A stretch of 63,088 nt of DNA, counting the filler, from Thraustochytrium aureum (lineage: Eukaryota): the NCBI GenBank assembly GCA_012862495.1. It is 6 parts of 4 records of this genome, joined end to end, with 100 filler letters (N's around TTAATTAATTAA, not from the genome) between each part and the next. Parts side by side here need not be neighbours in the genome. Positions count along the whole stretch, not along the records: positions 1 to 31,054 come from BLSG01000240.1; 5 more parts are not named here. The stretch is one strand, 5' to 3'. The position numbers and the translations under genes were made by a program. Within the stretch, counting starts at the first letter, position 1. Every line of letters begins with the position of its first letter. This document shows, piece by piece, positions 12,620 to 23,669 of this stretch. The notes under the pieces were generated by a model that was given only the letters and a program-made list of their open reading frames with translations, was not told where the DNA came from and ran no database searches.

Positions 12620-14610
12620 TCACTTGTCATGACTTGCGCTCGCCCCAGCGCTTGCCTTGACCCGCTGCCGGGTCCGCGAACCAGGCCCAGTGCGCCGCGC
12701 GCTTGGAGACTTTGAGCGCGTCCGCGCTGCGGCAGAGCCGGCCGCCCTCGGCCGCCGCAGGCCCCCAGCGCCGTAGTCAAACCCAGGTGCCTGCTCTGCA
12801 GACCGCTTGGACTGCAGACGCTGCAGCTCGAGGCGCTCGAGCGCGTGCTTGTGAGACAAGTACGTGCGGATCCTGTCGCGCGTGCTGCCGCCGTGCGCGT
12901 CAAAGAGCAGGCCGTACTGGCCGCCGCGCTCGCCGTACACTGGCCCAACCGAGTCGAGCTCGAGCTCGCTGCGTGGGACCCGACTGTCTCGAATCGGCTC
13001 GGGTCCGCCAGTCGGCTTATGTGCTCCTCGTAGAACGAAGGGAGCGTCACACGCCTCACCTTGAACTCTAGCACGCCGCTGCGCGAGACGCGGTCGTCCT
13101 CGATCGAGAGAATGACCTTGGTCGGGTTGTCCACCTTGTAGTACTTGGGCAGCTCACGGCGCACAACGAGCTGCGTCCAGGCCGTCCGCGGGTAGTACAT
13201 GGCCATCGTGAACAAGTTGACCGCGAGCAAGCTTGACCCCCAAATGACGACAAAGTACTCCCACCAGGTTGTCCCAGTCCCCTTGTTGGTGTAGTCCGTG
13301 CCGCAGATCCAAAACCACTGCTTCCCAGGAACCCACTCCTGCTCGCGAGCCTTGCTGCAGTGAAATCCAAAGACGCCTTCGTCCAAGAGCGTCTCGTTTG
13401 GGCACAGGTACGGGCGCTTCCACACTGTTACCGGCGGCAGCAAGTCCGAGCGCAAAAAGGCCGGCCAGCCTCCGGGGGTGAACGGGTACGGGTACGTGAG
13501 GTTGCGCGTTTGCGCGCAGTCGAGCGCGTCCCCAGACCCAGGCAGCGAACCCATGGGCTGGTGCAGGCCCTGGACTTGGTAGGTGTCCGGGTTGGCGAGC
13601 AGGATCAGCGTCATGTAGTGTGCAAAGTGGACAAGCATCGCCAGGTACACTTCGTCATAGTGCCACGACCCTCGGCCGAACCGCTTGTCGCCGCGCTGCA
13701 CCTCGCGCTCGCCCTCTTCGCGCACGTTGGCCGGCCGCCGGTGCAGAATGCCGTAAATAGCAACGCTCAGGTAAATTGCCGCCAAAAACAGCGTCGTCAC
13801 CTCGGCGTGGATGCCCAGCACGTCTTTGCCCCAGTGGTACCCTGGAACGAACTGCATGATGCCGAAGGGCATGGCAAAGAGCCCCGCACACATCATGGCC
13901 GCAAACTCCCCCCGCCAATTGGCCGCCTTGCGCTGCTCCGCGTACGGCATGCGCGACACGTCGTCCGAGCTGTAGGTGCCCGAGAGGCCGGTGAAGCGCC
14001 GCCGTACCCAGTTGTAAATGAGCATGAACGCGCAAGCAAACGTCATGTGAAAGTAGTACGACGTCCACGGAACCCAGTAGTTGCGGTCGCGGATGTTGGC
14101 GTCCGTGTCGTCCCAGGTCCACCACAGCAGCTTGATCCCCATAATGTCGTATGGAATGTCCAAGAGGATCACCATCAAGGCCAGGGTGGGGCCCTGGCAC
14201 ATTTCGGGCACACGAAGCCGCTCCGTGGCCACCGCACAAATGTAAAGGTACGAAGGGTACACCAACACGATCTGCAGCGGTTCGCGCTGGCCGAAAAACA
14301 TAAACGTCGCTTGGGCGTGCCAAAAGTTGTCGATCATCTCCACCCAGTAGCTCACCAGCTCCACCGTGAACCCGTGCATCAGGATCGCGCACCATAGCCA
14401 GAGAAACCGCGCGCCGTGCCGGTAAGCGTGCGTGAAGGTCAGCGCGGCCAGGCAGTAGAACTCGAGCTCGTTCGTGAAAAACGTCGGTTCCCAGAAGACT
14501 TGCCCGTTCTCGCGGGAGAAGGGGTTGCGCACGGTCAACAACCAGCTCCAAAACGAATCATACTCGCGCACCCGAGCGTCCAGGAACGCGGCATGCGCTC
14601 CTTCATCCAT
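12620..14610 (-). CDS. Multi-pass membrane protein (DUF7802-like) with a chromo-like C-terminal domain; 1-bp frameshift at about 12982; start uncertain (frame open to about 14784)
   Basis: Roughly 9-10 hydrophobic segments; motifs IDNFWHAQ, REPL, LDIPYDIMGIKLLWWTWDDTD and DRNYWVPWTSYYFH. Confidence 0.7.
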
Positions 14611-15433
14611 CTCCAGCGGCTCTGCTTTCTCGCGCTCGTCGCGAGCCGTCCAAGCGAGCGCGTCACACGGCTTCCCCAAACAAGGCACCGTGTCGTCGGG
14701 GACCAACCAGCCTGTCTGCTCGCTCGCGAGGACGGCCCGAGCCGCGTCGCTCGCTCGCTCGCTCGCTCGCTCGCTCGTCAGCACCGATGGAGCCTACGCT
14801 GCTGAGTTGCCCGGTCGGGCATGCGTAAGCCACGCAAGCCAAACACACCACTGCCAGCCCAAACAACGATTGTCATTGTCGCACGTGGGCTTGTCACGCG
14901 TCCGATCTTGCCCCATCCGTGAGCATCGCGCGCAGTGTGTCAGTATCTCACACCCGCGTCGCGAGGTCCCTTGGCGCAGGTCTCGTCATGTTAGGGTCCC
15001 CTGTGACGTGGAGCGAGGCCCCGCGAGGCGAAGCGAAGACTCTTGACACCTACGGTAGACAGCAGTCAATACTGTTGCCAAGTACAATGGAATGATCCGT
15101 CGGTAATGGAAGTGCGTTTTTGGCGCTGATGCTCAGGTGCTGCAACGCGCCGCGCCAGGCGGCGACTGCCTGCCGCAGGCTCCCACCAGGCTGGCAGCCA
15201 GCTCACTCTAGAGCTAGTTCCCTGCGCGAGCTCGCGCTCGCCTTGCGTTGTCCGGCGAGGCTGCCTGCTTGTGACGTCCTTCCCTCCTCGGCGGGCGCCA
15301 GGCGCGCACCGCCTGACCCACGCAGGGCGTGACGCCGTTCTCTCCGGGCCGGGCCCGCCGAACGCCCCCGGGGCCGCCAACGAGCGCGGCTGCTCGGGTG
15401 GCTCGTTACCAGGCTGCTTGTTTGCCGCGAGCC

Positions 15434-17237
15434 ATGGAGGATGCGGCGGAGGCTGCTACAGCGAGCACGACGCCACTGCGGCCTAGCAATATCAGCAGGC
15501 CGCCGAGGAAACGGAGCGCGAGCAAAAGTCAAAAGTCAGCGAACTACGCGCCAGGCTACGAGGGCGAGCTCGTCGCGGGCGTGCCGCACGGCGTTGGCGT
15601 GCTCGTTGATCGGCGGGGGAACCACTTTGAAGGCGAGTTTGCAGCTGGCGCAAAGGTCGCTGGTGTCACGCGCTTTGCAAACGGTGACTTTCACTCCGGG
15701 GCATACTCGAGCAGCACGAGCCGGCGCCACGGAGAAGGGACCTACATCTTTAGGAATGGGGACCGCTTTGACGGCGAGTTCAGGGACGGCACCATCTACT
15801 CGGGCAAGTTTCGCTGGATCAACGGCGAGGTCTACGCGGGCGCCTTTCGCGACGGCGTGCCCCATGGCTCGGGGACCAAGCGCATGCGCAACGGCGACCG
15901 ATACTCTGGTGAGTGGTCAGCAGGAAAGGCACACGGGTACGGCGTCAAGGAGTTTGCGTGCGGGGACAGGCACGAGGGGAACTATGTAGAAAATCAGCGG
16001 CACGGCTACGGAACCTATAGGTGGTTGAATGGAGACGTTTACGAGGGGTTTTACCAGCACGGCAAGGCCTGCGGCCGCGGAAGATTCTCCACGATCGACT
16101 CGATGGTGGAGGGCACCTTTCGCGACGATCGCCTCGAGGGCCTCGCCTTCAAGCGGTACTTCAAGTCAAGCACAAACTACATCGGTCACATGAAGCGCGA
16201 CGCACGCAGCGGGCCTGGTCGCCTCGTGTTCGCCGACGGGGCTGTTCTATGCGGCAAGTTTCGCGACAATGCCGTCCACGACGCGAAGAAGGTCTTTGCT
16301 TCTGGCAACTCGTACGACGGCCAATGGCGGGGGGGCGTAGCTCATGGGATCGGCTTGAAGCGTTTCGCGAATGGGGACGCCTATCGTGGAGCGTTTGTGG
16401 CCGATCACCGCGACGGCCAGGGCGAGTACTTTTGGGCGAACGGAACGCGATACAAGGGCCTGTGGTCGCGCGGCAAGGAGCATGGCCTCGGAGTGATTCA
16501 CTACCAGCCAGGGCATTCGTTCCGCGGCACATTCGAGGCGGGCCTAAAGCATGGCCGTGCCGTGCTGGAGCTCAGAAGAATCGGCGCGGACGAGGCACCT
16601 CTGGTGTTCTGTCAGCTTTGGGAACGAGGCGTGAAGCTGAGCGACAACTTGGCTGCCTTGACGACACTGCACCGCCTTGGGGCGCCCACCAACGTTTCAA
16701 CAATACAGGGCTTCGTCGAGTTTTACCTTACCAATGGCGAGCAGGACGGCGATGGGGCTGCCGAGGGANNNNNNNNNNNNNNNNNNNNNNNNNNNNNNNN
16801 NNNNNNNNNNNNNNNNNNNNNNNNNNNNNNNNNNNNNNNNNNNNNNNNNNNNNNNNNNNNNNNNNNNNNNNNNNNNNNNNNNNNNNNNNNNNNNNNNNNN
16901 NNNNNNNNNNNNNNNNNNNNNNNNNNNNNNNNNNNNNNNNNNNNNNNNNNNNNNNNNNNNNNNNNNNNNNNNNNNNNNNNNNNNNNNNNNNNNNNNNNNN
17001 NNNNNNNNNNNNNNNNNNAAGCGTAGAAGCGCGCATCCCGAAACGGGCGTTCCGCGCAGAAAAAGGCAAGCTCTCGCGCGCGAGGCGCCTATCGTCTCCG
17101 AGGATGCGCATGAGGCCCGCCCCAGCTCTTGTGGGCGACTGACTGGCTCGAGAAAGGAGCAACAAGGAAACCTAAACATTGGGGAAACGAATCATTGCAC
17201 AAAACAGGACGAGCAGGCCACTCAACAGGAGGGTTGA
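15434..17237 (+). CDS. MORN-repeat protein; 3' end uncertain beyond gap 16769-17019
   Basis: About 15 repeats of the type NGDxYxGxFxxGxxHGxGxYxF. Confidence 0.9.
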
Positions 17238-17300
17238 CGTTCATGCCGTCGGCAGCAGCAGGATCATTTGAGCTAGCTGTGCCCCCCGGAACGGCCCACC

Positions 17301-19905
17301 TCACTTGAGTTTCGTCAGGAGTCGCAGCCGCCGCTGACGCCGAAAGAGCATCATCGCGACAAGTGCAAGGCACAGGCCCATCGTCAAACCGGCCTGGGTC
17401 TGCACCGTGCTCAACTTGACAATTATCAGCTGGCCCTTCCCTCGAATCTCGCGTGTTGGCGGAACTTGGTGCAGCAGGGTCTTGTACTTTTTGCGCAAGC
17501 TCGTCTTGTCGTGACTGTCCCCGCCCAAGGGCGACGCGGCACTTGCCCCTTCCGACCCGTCGGCGCCCAGTAACTTGTCCGCAAACCGGTCAAGCGTCTC
17601 TTCGTCCATGTCGTCGTAGGCGAGCGCGTCCAAACCGCCTTCTTCGGGATCCTCGTCCCTCTCCACCAGCGTGGAGGAGCTCTTCCTGTCGCGAGAGATG
17701 GCAAGGTCCAAGTTGAATCCGTTGCCCGTGGCTCCGGCAGACTCGCCCTCATCCAGCATGTCATCCAGGCTCTTGCGCTTGGCCTCGACCCTCTCCACCG
17801 CCATGTCGAGCACCTCGTCGATTTCCGCCAAGTTGTCCAGCTTATCGTCGAGCGAGCTAGCCGCAAGATTGTCCAGGGCGGCGCCATCCTCCTCAACACC
17901 ATCCTCCGCATCCTTCGCCGCGATTTCGTCGGCCGATCCGGAATCCATAGCAGTGTCGCCTAAGGCCGCCGCTTCCTCGCCGTCCTCCATCTCGGGGCGC
18001 GCCGAGATAGCCCGCAGACCGGGGCCGCCTCTCTCCGCATCCCTAGAGCTCGGTTCGCTCGCAGGGTCCTCGTCTTGGTCAACCCATTCAGCCTCGGTTT
18101 CATCGTCGACGGCGCCCTGCACCGGCGCAGCAGAGTCCAAGGCCCCCTGTTCTGTGCTCTCCCCCTCCACGCCGTCGTCCTCGTCGCTCTGGCTGTCTTC
18201 ATCGCTCATGCTGAACTCGTCGCTCAGATCTTGCGGCTCGTCCAGATCCGGATTCTGCGCTGCGTCGACGCGCTCGGCGGATGCGGCGGCGTCACTGGTC
18301 TCACTTCCGCCGTCTTCGATATCAAGTTGGCCGTCGCTCTCCTCTTCCTCTTCGACAACGTCCGCGAGGGCGTGGTCTTGCGCAGCTTCGGGTTCGCCTT
18401 TATCGTCGCCGTGGTCACCCTCACTGTCAAAGCCTTCCAGCGCGGCAAACGCTCGTTGGTTCTGCAGCCGTTCGTCCTCGTTAGAGGAGCTTTTCACCAA
18501 AGCTATTCAGCAGATCGTCCAGGCTCATGGCGCTCAAAGCGGCCGCAGGTTCTCGCGTTTGCCTCGGCGAGTCGACGAGTGCAGCCTCGCGCGGCGCAAT
18601 ACTTGCCAGCGTGCCTCTATCAGCCTTGGCGGTTGCGTCATCATATTGGGCTACAATAGCACCGCCGCCCGCGCCTTTCACTTCTCCCTCGTCCCCTTCA
18701 GCCTGGTCTTCGCCATCTTTCGCGTTGAGTTCGTCGTTTCCGTCCTCGTCGTCGACGTCGTCATCGTCGCTGTCGGCAGGGGCCGGAAGCGCGTTCGCTG
18801 CCCCAGGCTCGCCGCCTACAGAGGTGAAGAGCTCTGCCATCTTCCAAAACCCTGCTTCCACCTCCTGCGCGATGGGCACGATAAAGGTCTCAGGAACCTC
18901 GAAAATGTATTTGAGCAGCTTGGTCTTGTTGCCGCGAGTCTCGACGAGGAAGACGTTTTGCACCTTGGCCTCCGCGTAGATCCAGTCGACCCCGATGCCG
19001 GTGTTGGAGTCCGAGAACTCGCTCTCGCGCGGGCGATGTTTGTAGCGAGCTTTGTTGACGGACTTCATCGCTTTGGCGATCTGGCCGCAGTGCTCCAGGT
19101 TGGTCTTCTGAAGCTCCTCGTCTTCCCCGCTGTAGTAGAACGGCGGCAGCACGGCGCCAGAGCAGCAGTGCACGTCGAAAAACCCGTTGATGGCCTGGCC
19201 GCGCTTGTGCTTGAGCAGCCAGTCGCGCACGGCCTTGATCTCGGGCTCGCTAAACGGACGCTTTCCCTGGTAGACCTCCGCGGTGGCGCGGTCTGAGCCA
19301 AAGCCCCACGACTTGCCCTTCACGCCCCAGTTGCGGTTGAGGTCGATGCCGTGAACTGCGCGCTCGCACTTGGAGCACAGGTTTCGCCTGTTCTTGCGCC
19401 ACTCGCGCGCCTGCTCGTTCTTCTCGGCGGGGAGGCGCGTGAATTCGTACCCGTCTGGGTTGAGCAATGGCAGGAAATGGACCTGGGTTTCCTTGAAGAG
19501 CTCGAGGACGCGGGGGTCGTTCTCGTCGAGGCCGCGCATGAGTCGCCAGGCAATGTAGAGTACGGCGTGGGGGGTTACCCACTCGCGCCCGTGCATCGTG
19601 CCCATAAGCATCAGCTGGTACTTTGGGTTTGATGGTCCCAGCGACATCAGGTGAAGGGCCCTGTGCTCGGGGGTCTTCCCAAGCGTGGTGAGCTTGACGA
19701 GCTTGGTCTTTTTGTACCGCTTGGCCATCTGCAGGATGAAAGACTCGAGCTCCTTGAAGCTGTTCCACTGCTCGAAAAAGCTGTCGTCCAACACGGCTTT
19801 GTTCGAGCCCGCAGGCCCGCTCTTCTTCTTGTTTACATTCCCGACGGCCACCGCCAGCGCGACGGCCCCGACCCACAAGTACACCGCGAGACCCCACGGC
19901 CGCAT
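17301..19905 (-). CDS. M14 zinc carboxypeptidase with signal peptide, long acidic stalk and C-terminal TM anchor; frameshift at about 18500
   Basis: HGREW, NPDG, WRKNR, GIDLNRNW, FSEPE, DVH and LVE(TRG) are all intact. Removing one T from AGCTTTGGTG joins ORF 18481-19965 to ORF 17301-18500, which ends in AGLTMGLCLALVAMMLFRRQRR. Confidence 0.88.
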
Positions 19906-21095
19906 TCTGTCCAGCAGCCAGAGGCCTCGGCCTTTCGCGGCGCGTCTCTGGCGCGTCGAGTCCACTGGACGCGCAGGCGCCTCAACTCGTACGTCCGTCT
20001 CAGGCCCGGCTCGCCCTTACTTTCTCCAGGGCTTGCGCGGGCGCGCCTCGACCCACCGCCGGCCCAGTCCTCCCTGGCTACCGCCACAGCGGCCGTGCGT
20101 TCGACCGGCGGCTCTGCTGCCTCGCCGTCCGTGCTGCCAGGTCGCTCGGCCTGTCCTCACCGTCTCCTTGCGCCAGTTTCCGCCCTCCTTTCCTTCCACC
20201 AACGTGGACGTGGAAAGGCTGCAAAAATACTCGACGAGTACTTACTAGTACATGGGAAGCGCCACGAGCGAAGGCACGCTGCAGCCCTGACGCGAACGCG
20301 CCGGCGGGGCCCAAGCCGAAGGCAGCAGCGCCGACCGGGAGACGCAGGCCCGCGGCAGCCACGGCGACTCGCCTGGCGCCAGCCTTCCTTTAGAAGTCCT
20401 CGTGGCTGACATGCAAGGATGCTTGCTTGCCCATGCGTGCTTGCTTGCCCATGCGTGCCTGCAAGCATGTGTCCGGCTCCTCCACCTTGGCCCGGTTCGC
20501 CACAGTTACGCGGCGGCTCGCTCTTGAATAGTCTCGCCCGCTTGTTCGCGTATCGTCTTGCCGCCTCCCTTTTGCCCTCCCTGCTTTCCCCCTCCACACA
20601 GCGCAGTTCGGCACGAACCCTCCGCGACGAGGCCCTGAGGAGGACCGCCGGATCCATCATGGGAACAGGAAAAACGATCAAGGCCCTGAGGAGGCTCAAG
20701 CCAGAGGCGCAGCGGCTACTGTGGAGCGCGATCGTCTCTTGAAGCTGCGGGGCAGGGGAGGCTGCAGGGGCTCTGAGGGGCGGAGCAGGCGGGCCAGAGT
20801 TGTTCCCAGAGTTGTCTCCGAGATCCGATCGCGATGGAGACGGCGAAGGAGGCGGTCGAGCGAGCAGGCGAAGGCAGAGCCCGGTCGTCGTCGCGGAGGA
20901 GCGGCAGGGCGCGCAGGAGGCGCAGGCTGCTGCAGTGCGCCGCGGTGGCAAAGGGCTGCTGGAGGAGCTCGCGAGGAGCTCGCGCCGTCGCCGGCCGGGG
21001 CAGCGGGCACCAGGGGGCTCGCCGGACAGCGCAAGGCGCCTGGAGGCGCCGCCTGGCGGGGGGAAAGGCGCGCGGGCTGGGCCACGGGAGGCGAG

Positions 21096-23532
21096 ATGCT
21101 GCGCAAGTCGAGTAATGAGAAGCGGTGGAGGAAGCTGCAAGAGTCGCACTCTGGGTTTCACAAGCGGTCGAACCGTCGCGTTTTTGCGGTGCGCTGCGTG
21201 TTTGTCTCCACGGTGTGCTGCTTTATGGTCCTCGCCGTGTTCGCGGTCAAGTCGATGAACGCGTACTACGAAGCGAACGTGATCATCAACTACCACAAGC
21301 GGCAAAGCACCCGCGGCGCCGCTCTCGAGGCCGGCGAGCTCGGGTACGCCGGGATTTCGCTAGACAGCATCGGTAATCTCGTCCTCCGCGACCCGGACCA
21401 CAAACTGTGCGCGACGCGGCTGTTCTTCATCGAACGGGCCGCGCAGCCGCAAGAACTTACGCTCACTCTGCAAGGCGGCAGCGAGCTCGCGTCAACCGCC
21501 GACTCCAGCTTGGACGAGTGCTGCGCCAAGTGCTCGTCGCACGACTGCCACGGCTTTCGTTTTTTCGACAAGTCGTGCACCCTGCTTGCCTTTCCTCACA
21601 TAGACCGGGAGATTGACATTAGCGCCACGGCGATCGAGGCCTACGGCGATGACGTAGATGCGCGGGATGATGCCCGCCGCGGCGTGCAGCAGGCGAGGAA
21701 AACGGACCAGCACGAACAGTACGCCGACCACGCAGAGCACACCCAGGACAGCGTGGAAGACGGCGCCGAGCCGAACCCGNNNNNNNNNNNNNNNNNNNNN
21801 NNNNNNNNNNNNNNNNNNNNNNNNNNNNNNNNNNNNNNNNNNNNNNNNNNNNNNNNNNNNNNNNNNNNNNNNNNNNNNNNNNNNNNNNNNNNNNNNNNNN
21901 NNNNNNNNNNNNNNNNNNNNNNNNNNNNNNNNNNNNNNNNNNNNNNNNNNNNNNNNNNNNNNNNNNNNNNNNNNNNNNNNNNNNNNNNNNNNNNNNNNNN
22001 NNNNNNNNNNNNNNNNNNNNNNNNNNNNNNNNNNNNNNNNNNNNNNNNNNNNNNNNNNNNNNNNNNNNNNNNNNNNNNNNNNNNNNNNNNNNNNNNNNNN
22101 NNNNNNNNNNNNNNNNNNNNNNNNNNNNNNNNNNNNNNNNNNNNNNNNNNNNNNNNNNNNNNNNNNNNNNNNNNNNNNNNNNNNNNNNNNNNNNNNNNNN
22201 NNNNNNNNNNNNNNNNNNNNNNNNNNNNNNNNNNNNNNNNNNNNNNGGCTCCCCAAAAGAGCAGGCGCAAGGTGGAGGAGAGCACCAACGAGGAGCAACA
22301 AGACCTCGCTGACAACCTCGAGCTGGGCCAGTCCAAGCTCAAGACCGTGATCCCGCTCGGCGACTACCAAAGGCTCACGGCGCGCGACCCGCTGTATGGC
22401 CGCCACAAGAACCTCGTGCTGCGCTATCGGTCGAACCGCGAGATGGCTGCTGTCGCACAAGACATGGCCGCGTTCTTCAAAGACGTCGAGTACGTCACAA
22501 TTGGCAAGAGCGGGGACCGCAAAAAGCCGCAGGTCATCAAAAGCCTGCGCGTTGGAAACGGGCGACGGGGCAAGCACGTTCTTTGTTGTCGCGACGCTCC
22601 GTGGTTGCGAGTGGACGTCATCTCTCGCGGTTCTGCACACCGCACTCGTCCTCAAGGGCCGCCATGACACGACCCGCAAGCTGCTCGACGCGGTCCAGTT
22701 CCACTTTATCGGAATGGCCAACCCCGACGGCTTCGACTACAGCCACCACAAGAGCCCGAGCAACGCTCGATCCTGGTGCAAGAACCGCCGTGTTGCTGTC
22801 CCTGGCTTTCACGGCGTCGATTTGGAGCACAACTGGGGCGTCGACGGGGTCTCGTGGGGATTCGGCAAGCGCGATGCGGCTGGTGCCAAGCTTGACAACT
22901 TTCAAGGGCCAACCGCATTCTCAGAGCCAGAGACGCGCGCGCTTCGAGACTACATGAAGCACTATGCCACCGGCCACGGCCGCGTCGCGCTCCTGCACGT
23001 CAAGTGTTGCACGGGGGTCATCACTCCGCCACAGGTTTACAACAAAGATATTCCCAACCCGATCAACGTCAACCAGGTCGCCAACCTCATGGCGCGGCAT
23101 GTGGAGCACACCGACGGGTCGCGCTACAGCGTAGCCCAGCGCGAAGAGGCCTTTGACGCGCGTAACCAAGGGCAGATGATTGACTGGGCCCACAACGAGG
23201 CCATGATCGACCACGCGTATATGATTGAAGTCAAGGGCACGGGGCTGGCGACGCGCGCTGACCACACCAAGATTTCGGTCGAGCCGTTTCAGACCCTGCT
23301 GCGGGAGCTCGAGACAGCGACAGTCTTTGTGGCACTGCGACTGCTGCAGCAGCCTATCGAGGGGCCAGCCGTGGACGTCCCGTACAAGGTCAAGGGTGCG
23401 GGACCGGACGCGGCAGCCTCGTCAGCTGCGGCCTCAGCTGAGACTACAAACTCTGAATCCTCTTCGTCCAGCTCGGCGTCCTCCTCCGCGCACAGGAAGG
23501 CCGCCGACAAGCGCAAGCGGCGAAAAACGTAG
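21096..23532 (+). CDS. Type II membrane protein with a PAN/apple-like module and an inactive M14 carboxypeptidase domain; gap 21780-22247, frameshift at about 22580
   Basis: N-terminal TM VFAVRCVFVSTVCCFMVLAVFAV; SLDECCAKCSSHDCHGFRFFDKSCTL; NPDGF, KNRR, GVDLEHNW and FSEPET. Confidence 0.8.
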
Positions 23533-23669
23533 TCAAACCAAAGCGAAACAAATTGATTGATTGAGAATCTTGGAACCTGCACGGCGACCTGATTGGGGCC
23601 GTCGACAAGGGCCTCACAGATGCTAACGCGCAACGACCCGCCCATCATTTTGCCCTCCGGCTCAAAGGT

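Noticed and set aside
20421..20458. Short two-copy duplications (also about 50495, 58271 and 62941)
   Set aside because: They are consistent with ordinary slippage, and no enclosed element suggests target-site duplications.
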